This document shows positions 51,936-64,000 of a DNA stretch of 64,000 nucleotides, one piece after another. A program made the position numbers and the translations under genes. The notes under the pieces were generated by a model that worked only from the letters and a program-made list of their open reading frames with translations, made no database searches and was not told where the DNA came from. Every line of letters begins with the position of its first letter. Position 1 is the first letter of the stretch. The DNA comes from Lama guanicoe (lineage: Eukaryota): assembly GCA_013239625.1 (NCBI GenBank), contig MU054026.1, positions 62,001 to 126,000 on the forward strand, in the 5' to 3' direction.

Positions 51936-54127
51936 AGTAATATGAGAGAAATCATCTCTGAAGGAGATTCGCAGCCCTTAGCTGTGAATCAATTCCAGTG
52001 TCTCAATTGGAAGTGTGAAGATAAAAATAATGATCATGACCATTTACCATGTGGATCACTTCATTATAATTAGCCGATACTATAAATCCTGTTTCAGATA
52101 AAAATACTGCATCACAGAGAGGCTGAGTAATTTGCCCAAGGTCTTCTGTAGTTTCCAATCCCTGTGCCAGCATCCTCCCCAGGAAATCTATAAAACCACT
52201 GCCAGGAGTACCATGCACACGTTCCGGAACCTTCCACAACAGCCTGATGCCTCCCCTGCTCCAACTTCCGTCTCGCCTTCCTTTCCCACTTTCTGCTGAG
52301 AAGATCCACTCAGGTGTGTAGCCTCTCATCTAATTGGTTTGCCTTCGCCCCGTATTTCTCTTTTGACTTATGTTGAGAACTGTGCCTTCAGTACTGTTTT
52401 ATGGGATTATATTATCTATGGGCTGAGAATCTGATCTCTGAGGCCCTTCCAGCATACTCCTGGAGATGGAGAAATAGATGCACATTTGCCTCAGAAACAC
52501 CATGCCATTTTCCAGCTGATTGTCATTCCATTCCACTCAGGGCCACAAGAGCCATAGTGTAGCTTGAGGTAAAAGAAAAAAAATCAGTAATACCAATCCT
52601 GTTTTATTTTAAACTTTTGTTGTCTTGTTCCTTATGGATTTTGATTTTTTTAATATTGCATGACAGTATGATTTATCTTGATGACTAGGTTTTGGGGGTG
52701 TTCCCTTAAATGTGTCCGAGGAAAATGCCCCTCACTCACCTCACCCTAGTCCTGACCCCAAATCTATCTCTGTTCATGACCAAAAAAAGAAAATGAAGAA
52801 GAAAAAGAGAGAGAAAACAGAAGTAGCCCCCGCCCTGAATCAGCTACTGAAACGAAGTAGCCAAGTCAGGTGCCAGTCAAGTGTTCTGGGGATAAAAGGC
52901 GTGAGGAGGATCAGCTATAACCCTAAGTAGAAAAGAGCCCCGCGTAAACGTCTTTCATGTACTTTTTTGACAAGATCGTTTCAACCTAAAATCAAAAGCT
53001 TATATTTAAACACCATAAATTACATATCTCTGAAAAATGAAGTCCCTACAGGCAAACTTTCTGCATTTTTGTTCTCTTTAAAGAAGGTATTAGAGCAATT
53101 TGGACTGTCTACTTAAAAGATTTTTATTGTTTTGTGATAGGTAGCAGGATGTTATCAACTGAATATGTAGCCAACAGGTCAGAAAGAACGTGATGCAGCT
53201 TGACGGCTAAATATGTCCGTTCTGTTCTGCTGCTGACCGGAGGCTTGTGTGTGCGTCTGTGTGTGTGTGTGTTTTGCATTTCTCACCCCAGGCTTGTTCA
53301 TCAGCTCACCGCCAAGCAACCTGAAATAGCCTCGTTTTCTAAGCTCTACAGAGCTTTTCTCTTTGATGAGGGAATCTGTCAGGAGACCTGGCAGAACGTC
53401 TCTCCAACTTGACGACAATGGGATGAGCAAGTCTGCTCTCCCCTTCCAGGGCATGCGCTGGGAATCAGCCTGAGGATGCTCTGGTCAGGTCTCAATGTGC
53501 AGGGTTGTCGGGAGAGGAAAAACTGTCTCTTCATTCCTCAGGCAAAGCAAATGCCATCACACTGCTGGCTCAGTGGGAGAGTGGAGATAATGAGGTATTT
53601 TGAAACAGCGGACATTGTCAGAGAGACAGAAATTGGGAAGAGGGCTGAGGGGGTGAGCAATGATTTCTCAAAGGAGCAACGGAACACAAAATGGGTCTCA
53701 GTTTGGGTTACACAAGCAGGGTGAGAAAAGGACGTGTGCTATGAATGATTTACCACTGGATATGGTTTAGCTTTGGTCCAGTCCTAATTGTGGGTTGTCT
53801 TGGTGTGTACAAACTGAAAAAAAAAGGGTTGCCAACTCTTCTGCTGTGTATTCCCATGGACACACACACTCTGATGTTCCTTAAAGGTTATACACAGGCC
53901 AAGTGTAGATTCACTTTCGAAGAGTATAACCCAAGAGATACTGGGACATCTTATCTACCAAGAAGTAGCATGCTCCTTGTAGGCCAAGGTGTCTAAAATT
54001 CTATCATTAGAGAATTAGTGTCTTCTCACTTGGTCTTTTTCTTTAAAAGTACTCAAAGCAAGAGTTAGCATTTATTACATGCTCACTGAAGTATCTCCAA
54101 AAGGCTAATGTAAGTCTTTAATATTTA

Positions 54128-54250
54128 AGATGTCCATCATCTTTATTTACCCAAGATGGTCTTGGATGATGCCTATTGTCCTGAAATACCCATTAGCAAC
54201 CTCTTTCATTCTTAAAATGTATGTACAATAGTAATATATATTCACCCCAT
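54128..54250. mobile_element. MER94-like hAT-Blackjack MITE
   Basis: gatgcctattgtcctg...attagcaacctctttcattcttaaaatgt...tatatattcaccc resembles a CpG-decayed MER94. Confidence 0.55.
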
Positions 54251-56759
54251 AAACACCATATTTTCATCAATTAGTTTGTTCTTCTCAGTAATGGACGAGA
54301 TCTTACAGATGCAGGGTGACGAGTCACTGGTTCCATCGATGTGCTTGCTGGTTAAGAGAGAAATAATGAGCATCGAAGGTAAATGTCACCTATTTCATAA
54401 TTTTGCTTCTGCCTTGGTCTGATCTGGGACACTTATCCTGTCCGTACCCGGTTTCCAGCCCTTCCCGCATCACATGTAGAATGTAATGCAGAACCTCTCA
54501 TTCTTGGTTATAACCGCTTTGTTCACTAAAATTAAGGGAGAAAAGCATGCAACAGCTAAATAACACACAAGAGCAGAATCCGGCACACATCACCTGCTAA
54601 GCAGAAACCTCGGAAGGGCATTGGAGGTCAAGATGGGGACCACTGCTACTAACAGAAGAGGAATTAGAGAGAAAAACTGAAAAACCTGAGCAACTCACAA
54701 ACAGTAGTAGTCCCACCAGGAGTGGAAAGTTGCTGCTGGCATTCACTCAGCACGTTAACAGAGCAGGTCTCAGAGCAAACTCAACTTCCTGCAGACACTT
54801 CCCTTGCCCTTCAGACTACATTAGGTACCTCTGTGGGATGCTCCACGTTACTCCAGATTTTCTTTCTCATAACCCTTGCCACATTTTCATGTTGTTTTAA
54901 AATTATCCATCCTTCAGCTGAAATGTAAACCCCACAATCATGAAAATTATTTATTTATACATATAAATAAATTATATATATATAAAAACTGTAAGGCAGG
55001 CAGTCAAAAAAGTATTTGGTACTAATTCAATGAATCCCCAAGATCTCCCCACCAATGAGATTCCCCTCTCTACTGATTTAAAAAAAAAATACAGGTTTAA
55101 GTACATTTCTCTAGGTCATACATTTTCTAAGAGGCAAAACTAGTGTAGTATTCAAATTGAAGTCAGTTTTGAGCCCCGACTGCTACATTCCCTGCTTTGG
55201 AGAGCAGAAATCAAACTGGCCCATTCTTTACCATTGTTGCCCCAAAACTAGAACAATGCCTTGGCCATAGTTAAGGCTCACAAATATTTCTAAAATGGAT
55301 GAATAAATGAGCACCTTGTACGTGCTAAGCACTGTGGAAGGTACTGTTCCAAAGGAGCCAAATAAGTCACAGCTCCTGCCTTGAGGGACTCAAGTCCCAA
55401 GGACGCAGGCAAAGCCTAGTCGGTAAGATGGAGACTCCAGTAGAAGCTGTCAGTCTCTCCCTCGTTCTGCATACGTTAAATTCAGCAGCCTTGTTGCAAA
55501 CTGTAAAGCAGGTTATTTTGATGGAGCTCAAATTTAATGTGGAATTTTACAAAAGTGTTACATTGGAGAGGAGTACGGGATAATCATAAGAATTGTGCTG
55601 CACTCAAAAATCACGTCGTGTTTTATTGATGTCACAACACAAACGCTGAAGAAGAATGGTTACGCTGTTTTTTCGTTCCTCTGGAAGGGGCTGCATTTTC
55701 CTGCCGCAGCAGGTCCGTGATCAGGTAGAGCTGCGGACAAGAATGATCCGGGACAGCTCTGGGGAGAATACGGGACAAGGCGAGATAAACCTAAAAACAT
55801 ATGCATACTTTCACTTTTGATGCAGTGATTTAAAAACATGTGGTATGTTTTCAGGGTTTGTAAATTCTACGTTGTGGGAAAGGAGGTTTAGGAGCATTGC
55901 AAAAATGGTCTTCCATGGAATGATAACCATCAGTTTGGGGAAGTCTGAGGTGAAAGGGCTAACTATGGTCAACAGTAAAGAGGAAATGAAAGGGTCGGAT
56001 ACTACGAGGGTTAAATGAATTAAAAATGACAAGCCCCCACCTGGAGTTTGTCTGTGGGAAGGTGTTTGATACTATGACAAACAGTTACTCTTCCACATTA
56101 GCGTGGAAACTTTTCCCACCGTAAACGTGCCTAGAATTATGCCCTGTGCCTTAAACCCTCTCTTGCTTGCCAATACTCTTAAGATGAATTCTCAGCATTT
56201 AAAAAGACCTTTCAGTTCTCCCAGTCCCTAGCTACATGTCAGCTCTGTCCCCACCACACTGACACCATGATGACTGACGTTGGTTTTGATTTGACATTTC
56301 CACCGTTGAAATACACAGGCACACTCACTCACACTTACACAGCACAGAACCTTCCACGTCACATTCGACTGGCATCAGTCATTCCACAGCCTGTCTCTTG
56401 GGGATCGGACCAATGGCCCTTTTCAAAGCTTGCCTTATTGAGCTGGCCCTTTCTGATCCAGACGCATGACTCATACGTGCTAACCTTCTTGGGAGCCTTC
56501 CTCACTCTTAACAAGCTTGTCATTTCTTCCTCCTCTGAAATATTTCTCTCTAGGTACAAGATGATTTAAAACGTTATTTTTTTTTTATGTCTCTTCTTGA
56601 CTTTTGTGAGGGGGGAAAAAATCACATAAATGCATCAAAGAAGTAGCTATTCAGCCTGATTAGTGAATTTCCCCAAAGGAGAATAGCCATCACTGTGTTT
56701 GTGAATTACATTTTCAAGGCACATAAGGCTTCATTTCAACTCAATAAACATAACCCCAT

Positions 56760-57040
56760 AAAATGTTAGATTTGGAAAGTTCCTTAGAGTTTAGAACAAC
56801 CTCCCACCCAGTAAAAGTGTCTCCCTGTCATCTCTTTTAAACAATCTCTGTTTGAACATTTTCTGTTAATAAAAGTTGTTTTGAAAGCCAGTCGCATTTC
56901 AGGTAGCTCCACTTCTTAAAAGTTCTTCCTCACTTAATGTTGAAATCAACCTCCTTTAACTCCATCTTCCTAACTGCTAGTTTTGTCATCTGGAGCCACA
57001 TAAATAAACCCCATCTGTCTTCCACAAGATAGCTCAGGGC
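56760..57040 (-). mobile_element. L3/CR1 3' fragment
   Basis: aaagttcttcctc...gaaatcaacctcctttaactccatc...ctagttttgtcatctggagccaca...tcttccacaagatagc. Confidence 0.7.
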
Positions 57041-57329
57041 TGAACTAAGCTGGATGTCCACAATTCCAAAGATGTGTATCTTTCTCATCCTTGACCTCAG
57101 GACAATCTCTCCCCACTGCCATCCTTCACCACCTCTCACACTCTCCACCAGCACCCCGAGATTTACACTGTGAGAAATTCTGTGATCGTGCCTGTGGGCT
57201 CCTTCAGAATGAGGTTTACCTCTTGCTATCTTCTTGTCTAATCTCCTCTTAATCACAAGGTGATCTTTTTTTCAATTTGAAACCCATTCTTCCAAATGGA
57301 AACAAGGCATTCTCTGAACACAAAAGAGA

Positions 57330-57570
57330 ATCATCATTTATTGAGAGCCTGATACATGTCAGGAACTGTACTAAATGCAAAGATGGGAAAGACACAAAGA
57401 TGGGAGGAATACAATACACTCAGGAAATTTACAGTCTATTGGGGGAAAAGAGACACAGTTTTTACGTAGATAAATATAATGTAAAATGAGTGATATGTGC
57501 TATTCTGATGAATGACCCAAGCAGTTTATAATTATATAGGACAGCTGTATGATTTGTGTCCAATGGAGGG
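57330..57570 (-). mobile_element. L2 3' fragment
   Basis: catttattgagagcctgatacatgtcaggaactgtactaaatgc...ctcaggaaatttacagtcta. Confidence 0.65.
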
Positions 57571-58149
57571 GAGTGAAGGGGAAGGAGATACCCTGTGCCA
57601 TGTGAAGGCAGAAAGGTAACACACAAGAAGTCCCCACATGAGGAGATAGAAATCACATTTTGTATACCAGCTCTACTATTTGTACATCTGTGATGTAGTA
57701 GTGACTTTCTCCTCTGTGGTTCCAAATCTCTACCCATCTTAGGATAGAATTTATCCCATAAAACTCCCATAGACTATTTCTTGCACACCATATTCCCGAA
57801 ACAAAACCCATCCATGTATTCTCATCACCTAAGGGGTAAAATACAATAATATAAATTTGCAAACTATCTTCATCCTTAATTGATACCATTTACCTACTTA
57901 TGTCCTTCACTCCAGTACATTCAAGAAAATTACAGTTTTAAAGAGTTCTAATTCTGGCTCTCATGCTTTTCATCCTGGTGACTTAAAATGTCCAGATCAC
58001 TGCTTCTCTTCCCACATCCCCTTCCTAGGGAACTTTCCATATGCTCAGCGCCTGAAAAGGGCAAGCGTGTGGCTCTAGCCCTGGTTGAATATCCATTCAC
58101 CCCATGCTGGGCAGTGAGACTACATCTTGTTAGAATTCAGACAACAGTC

Positions 58150-58530
58150 AACAGGAAGACAGCTAGCTCTTAAACTGGGGGGTCATGTTGTTAGAGCTAG
58201 AGTAAGACAGCAAGACGAATGGAAGGCAAGGGCAGAGAAAAATTAAAGGGGAACAGGCAGGCCATGAGTCAGCTGCATAAACCAGCTGAGAGAAGAAACA
58301 GAATGGCTCAAGTGCACAAAAGGCACAGAACCCAGAAGCCACGTGCTTCCATGGGGAACCTCTGTTCATACCTTGGCCCTTCCAGTCCTTTCATGGGTGT
58401 CTGAGCAGGACATAGTTTCCGGAACTTGCCTGGCTGCAACAGTACCTGTTATGTCCTTTCAATAAATTTTCTTTTCACTTGAGCCAGAACTAGTGGGCTT
58501 CTGTTCCTTGCAGCAAAATAATCCTTAAGA
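58150..58530 (+). mobile_element. Ancient ERVL/MaLR-type solo LTR
   Basis: LTR 3' signature cctttcaataaattttcttttcacttgagccagaactagtgggcttctgttccttgcagcaaaa. The left boundary is uncertain. Confidence 0.6.
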
Positions 58531-61069
58531 TGCACCTACAGGCTCCACCCACATTTTTCTTGGAGTCTAGCTTGTCCTTGGACACTCTATGCCAGCACAG
58601 CTTCCAAAACCGTGAGGGAAAATAATATATGAGTATGATTAAACAAATGCTAATGTGTTGGTTTTTAAATCTGCATTCAGTGAGAGCTTAAAGTTACATG
58701 AATAAGGAAAGAGGGTTGCATATCAGTTCCTCTGCATAATACGAATGTGGAAGTCTTTAAAACTCAAGCCTGATGAAAATAGGGGAAAAAATGAAGTGGA
58801 GAGATTTGTGGAATTTATCCCTGAAAGTAATTTTTTAAAAGCAAGATATTGTTTGAGGGCTTTGAAACGGGGTTGTGTAAAGTCCTGAGTTACAAAACGG
58901 AGTCTTAGAGTGTATCACAGCCAACTGAAGAAATAAGCAATCCACAGGGAGTATGACAGTTCTAAACCAGAAACCTAGACTAGAAAGTCTTCTCTTGTTG
59001 ACTGTACTGTTTCACTGCAGACTTCCCATTAGATTGCCAAGTTGAGAGTCAACGTGGACCAGAAGAAGCACAAGTAAGAAAAAAATAGGATTTTTTTCAC
59101 CAGATAATATAATCTTATCAAGTCCTCTGATTAATTTTTCTACGCTTGCATCTTTCCAAGCAAAAATCCATATACTCACACACACTCATCAGGGAGAAAA
59201 TATATTCTAAAAAACTTAGACAGCAGTCAGAGTCAGAGTCTAGGGTCATGTTCTCATTCTTCATCTGTTAGAAATTGAGGAAAAAATGCCTACATGGCCT
59301 CTACCCACAGGTTGAAATGAGAATAAAATGTGAATATGAAAGGATTTTGCAAAATTAAAAAAGGCTTTAGGAATATAATATACCGTTAAAAGTTGTTTGC
59401 TGCAGATTTCTCTTTTTTTTAGTAAACCTGGGAGGAATAGGGAATAAAATAATATACTTCTCCCTCCCCCATTTCCTTTAAAATTTTGAAAAGTAGTAAT
59501 TAGAACTTTGGATGAATCCAAGGTTTACTCATCCACAATCTTTTTATTGTATCCTGGCTCTTTGCATGTCAATGAGTGTATACTTCAAAATTATCCCCAT
59601 CAACTATGAAGGTCCTTATCTTTGCATTGACTTTCATATACACAGACCAATAGCAGGATGTGGCCCAGTTATTAATATTGGAAAACTGAATTGCTTTTAC
59701 CCCCAGGCATTTAGCTTTAGCTACAAAAATATTTCTCTTTTACCAATAATGTTTTTATATTTATCTCATTTTGCTTATGTTTCTAAGACAAATTCTCCCT
59801 CATAAGAACACTACCAAGTTTTCACGTATTAAATGGAATTTGGTACCTACTGCATTTTCTTAAACGAGGCTGATGCTTGAGCCATTATACACAAAATAGC
59901 CTATGCATATATATTTTAAATATAGATTAAATCCTTTAGTATACCCTTTGCCCATATATTCTTCCCCATGTATACCTAAGACTGGTGTAATTTCAGTCAA
60001 AGGCTTTTTTTTTTCCAGTGAATATTACTGTGTGCCCAACATTGTGTGAAGCACTGGAGAAACAAAAATGAACGTGACATTGTCCCTTTAATAATTTCAC
60101 AATCCATTAAGTGGAAAGAAATAATGATAAGGAGCTCATCGTGGTCCGCACAGGAGATGTAAGCACCATATGCAGCAGTTAGAGGTGCTTTTTCAGTTTG
60201 AGAAGCAGCTAGCTCATACTGACTTGAGACAGTTGATTGTGCACGTCTCTTCCCAACTGCCTTCAGTGACTTCACACTGGGATCTCAAAATCTACAAGGG
60301 TGAGAATGTTTACACCACTGGAAAAGGCAAATGCACAAATTGGAAGTCCCCCCACCTGGAGAACCATTTGTTAAACATTTCCTCACACCACAGTCTTTAA
60401 ACCTTCCTGGGAGATGCTTTTTATCTATGAAATGATGGGGCTGAATCAGGGATGCTGACCTCAAAAATCCCTTTATTGTTCTGTGTATCACAATGGAATT
60501 GAAAAAAAGGCTTTTATAAATTGTACTTGTGTTTATACACAATCATTTAACAATTGTGGTATGAGGTCAATTGTTTGGAACTTTGCTAATGTTAATTCTT
60601 TGGACAGTTGATCAAACTGGCTAAGAAGCAGTATGAACTGGATATTCAAATGAACAAATAAAGACAATAAGAACATAGCGATCAACTTTTGTCATTGAGT
60701 TAATTTCTATCGCATTGTCAAAAGGTGAGAATAATGTCTCTTAGTGCTGTGGGGTTTTACATTGTCATGGAAGTTTGAAATGTGTAGAGAATTGTCACAA
60801 AATAATCCTTGGTGATACTACTTTTCCTTTGAATAGGCATGGTCAGAGAGTTGAAAAACTGACTGTTCAAATTTAGATGAAGTCCCCATTAGGACAGAAA
60901 ATCAAATACAGACCAAGAGATGATAAACCTGCGTTTACCATAGGTCAAAAGTCACAAGAGTTTCACACACACCCTCGCGGCCACAATGAAGAGATTGGCC
61001 ATGGTGGTTATGGTCCTCTTCTGGAGCTTCAGCCTGCAATCTAATCCAGGCACACAAAGTTTTTACTAT

Positions 61070-61900
61070 TTTTAAAATTTTTACATAATATAGGGTCAGC
61101 AGAAGAAACCTCAAAAAGATAGGTCAAAAAAAGTAAATAAAAGAAAAGTAATCCTGTCATTTAGAAATGATCTCTAATAACATATTTCCATTCATTGACT
61201 GTGTCTAGCTATATATACATATATATGCCTGTACATTTATATTTTACAGATGGAGATAGTAGAGTTAGATTTGAAGGTGCTTTTGTATACTGTGTGCATA
61301 TTTCCATATCATTACACATTATTATGACACAATTTAAATGCTAGTAATGTCCTTCTTTCTATAGATTTATTATTGTATAGTTAACAATCCCTTATTTTGA
61401 AATGTAATCTGTTTCTAATTTTTCCTATAAATAATATAGTGATGATCATCCACAAAGTTCATCTTCACTTATGCATTTATAATTAATTTCTTATAATAAA
61501 TTCCTTAAAATGGTAGTTTGGGATCAAAGGGTAAGAAAATTCTAAATGTTGATAAATATTGCCAAATTGTTTTTTCACAGATATACCAAATTTCACCTTG
61601 ACTACAATGTACCATTTTCCTGTATCCTTACCAAAAGCACGACTCATTTTTGATGTTATTCCTTACAATAATTGAAAAAAACTTACTTTTCTTTCATTTA
61701 CATTCCTTTGTAAAAATTAAGCAAAAATTAAATTAAACAAGTTTTTTTTAATAAATTCAGAAGTTCATTAGTTACTTTCAAGTTTCAATTCTTTGTGAAT
61801 TTCCTATCCATGTCCTTTGTCCAGTTTTTTTTTTTTTTTTTTTGGGAGTATTACAGTAAGTGAAAGAATTCTTTTGTCCATGTGTTATAAATATTTCCTC
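61070..61900 (-). mobile_element. Ancient L1 (L1ME-like) 3' fragment
   Basis: tgggatcaaagggtaag...tgttgataaatattgccaaattgtttt and tttgtgaatttcctatccatgtcctttgtccagtttt, antisense to L1 ORF2/3' UTR. Confidence 0.7.
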
Positions 61901-62395
61901 AGTAAAACATGCAAATGAATTTTAGGGTCGATATTGTTTTGATGTTAATTTCCTTATGACATTTACCTATTGTCAAAAAAATTCATTTGTTCTTTATTAG
62001 CTACAGAATGACTTCACCTCCTCAACTTACAAATATTGTTAACAATAATGATAATAGTGATTATTATGGTAAAATATGTGTATAACACATAGAGTTTATA
62101 ATACACCATAAAGCACTTAGCAGTGTTGACTCCCCAGGTAAGTTGCTATATATTATAGGAGTAATCACAGTCCAGATTTTACTATCCTCAAGGGAAATTA
62201 AAGTTATTTCACAATGTCAGTGTCATGCTGCAGATTAAGGAACTGAATCACAAAAAGCTACGTGACTTACTGAAATCCAGAGAAAGTGATGGAAAATAAT
62301 TTCTTCTGACTCCAAATCTTTATTATTTTCTGTTGTTTTATCCTAACAAGATAGTCCACCAACTAGATCCAATCTAAATTTCTAGTAATATTTCT

Positions 62396-63873
62396 TTTTT
62401 TTAAATTATAGTCAGTTTTCAATGCTGTGTCAATTTCTGGTGTGCAGCATAATGTTTCAGTCATACATATACATACACATATTCATTTTCATAATCTTTT
62501 TCATTGTAGGTTACAAGATATTGAATATAATTCCCTGTGCTACACAGTAGAATCTTGTTTATTTTATAAATAGTAGTTAGTATCTGGAAATCTCAATCTC
62601 CCAATTTATCCCTTCCCATCTCTTCTTGCTCTGGCAACCATAAGTTTGTTTTCTGTGTTTGTGAGTCTATTTCTGTTTTGTGATTAAGTTCATTTGTGTC
62701 TTTTTTTTTAATTCTACATCTAAATAATATTATATAGTAGTTTTCTTTCTCTTTCTGGCTCACTTCACTTAGAATGACAATCTCCAGGTCCATCCATGTT
62801 GCTGGAAACGGCATTATTTTATTTTTTACGACTGAGTAGTATTCCAGGTATAAATATACCACAACTTCTTTATCAGTCGTCCGTCGATGGACATATAGGT
62901 TGTTTCTGTGTCTTGACTATTGTATATAGTGTTTCTATGAACATTGGGGTGTATGTATCTTTTGGATTTAGAGTTCCCTCTGGATATACCCTCAGGAGTG
63001 GGACTGCTGGATCATATAGTAAGTTTATTTTTAAGCACTTTTTAAGAAATCTCCATACTGTTTTCCATAATGGCTGCACATAACTACATTCCCATTAACA
63101 CTATAGGAGGGTTCCCTTTTCTCCACACCCTCTCCAGCATTTATCCTTTGTGGATGGCCATTCTGACTGGTGTGAGGTGTTACCTCCTTGTTGTTTGATT
63201 TACACTCCTCTGATAATTAGCGATATTGAGCATTCTTCATGTTGGCCATTTGTATGTCTTCATTGGAGAATTGCTTGTTTAGGTCTTCTGCCCTTTTTTG
63301 GATTTGGTTGTTTGCTTTTCTGTTACTAAGTTGTATGAGCTATTTGTATGTTCTGAAGATTAATCCCTTGTCTGTCGCAATATTTGCAAATTTTTTTCCC
63401 CATTCCATAGGTTGTCTTTTTGTTTTGTTTATAGTTTCATTTGCTCTGCAAAAGCTTATAAGTTTAATTAGGTCCCATTTGTTTATTTTTGCCTTTATTT
63501 CTATTGCCTGGGTAGACTGCCCTGGGAGAAACATTGCTAAGTTTATGTCAGAGAATGTTTTGCCTATGTTTTCTTCTAGGAGGTTTATAGTATCTTGTCT
63601 TATGTTTAAGTCTTTAAGGCATTTTGAGTTTGTTTTTGTGTATGGAGTGAAGGAATAGTCTAAATTCACTGATTCACATGTGACCGTCCAGCTTTCCCAA
63701 CATCATTTGCTGAAGAGAGTGTCTTTTCTCCATTGTATATTCTTGCCTTCTTTGTCAAAGAGTAATTGACTGCAAGCATGTGGGTTTATTTCTGTGCTGT
63801 CTGTACTGTTCCATTGGTCCATATGTCTGTTTTTGTGCCAATACCATGCTGTTTTGATTACTGTAGCTCTGTA
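62396..63873 (-). mobile_element. 5'-truncated lineage-specific L1 (1.5 kb)
   Basis: Minus-strand ORF2 C-terminal peptides (ORFs 62593-63936) plus the 3' UTR. 15-bp TSD tctagta(a/t)tatttct at 62381-62395 and 63874-63888. Confidence 0.95.
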
Positions 63874-64000
63874 TCTAGTATTATTTCTAATTTCTTCCAA
63901 TAAAAAAGCCTGGTCTCCCATCAGTATGTCTAACACTCAATTACCATTTTCACTTGTTCAGGCAGCAGCCAGCTGTCCAGCCGTGCTCTTTTACTACCTC

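Overview
This window is AT-rich mammalian genomic DNA, intergenic or deep intronic, and most likely from a camelid (alpaca, llama or camel). The taxon is inferred from short tRNA-Ala(AGC)-derived SINEs of the vic-1 type and from cetartiodactyl-style L1 3' ends. I found no convincing host protein-coding exon, RNA gene or prokaryotic-type system. The ORFs I can recognise are broken LINE-1 ORF1/ORF2 pieces, and the rest look spurious. Retroelements dominate: one full-length (~7.0 kb) inactive L1 nested inside an older truncated L1, two old L1MB-type copies, an L1ME-type relic, several young truncated L1s, three tRNA-derived SINEs, and ancient L2, MIR, CR1/L3, hAT (MER5/MER63/MER94) and ERVL/MaLR-LTR relics. 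There is a 153-N assembly gap at 47175-47327. The best-supported observations are retrotransposition signatures readable directly from the sequence: nested target-site duplications (TSDs), twin-priming inversions (one with a duplication, one with a deletion), short candidate 3' transductions and an orphan internal L1 fragment. A few CpG-retaining unique segments are enhancer candidates. I found no evidence of a novel biological system. Repeat subfamily names come from recalled consensus similarity, not from a search, and old-repeat boundaries are approximate.
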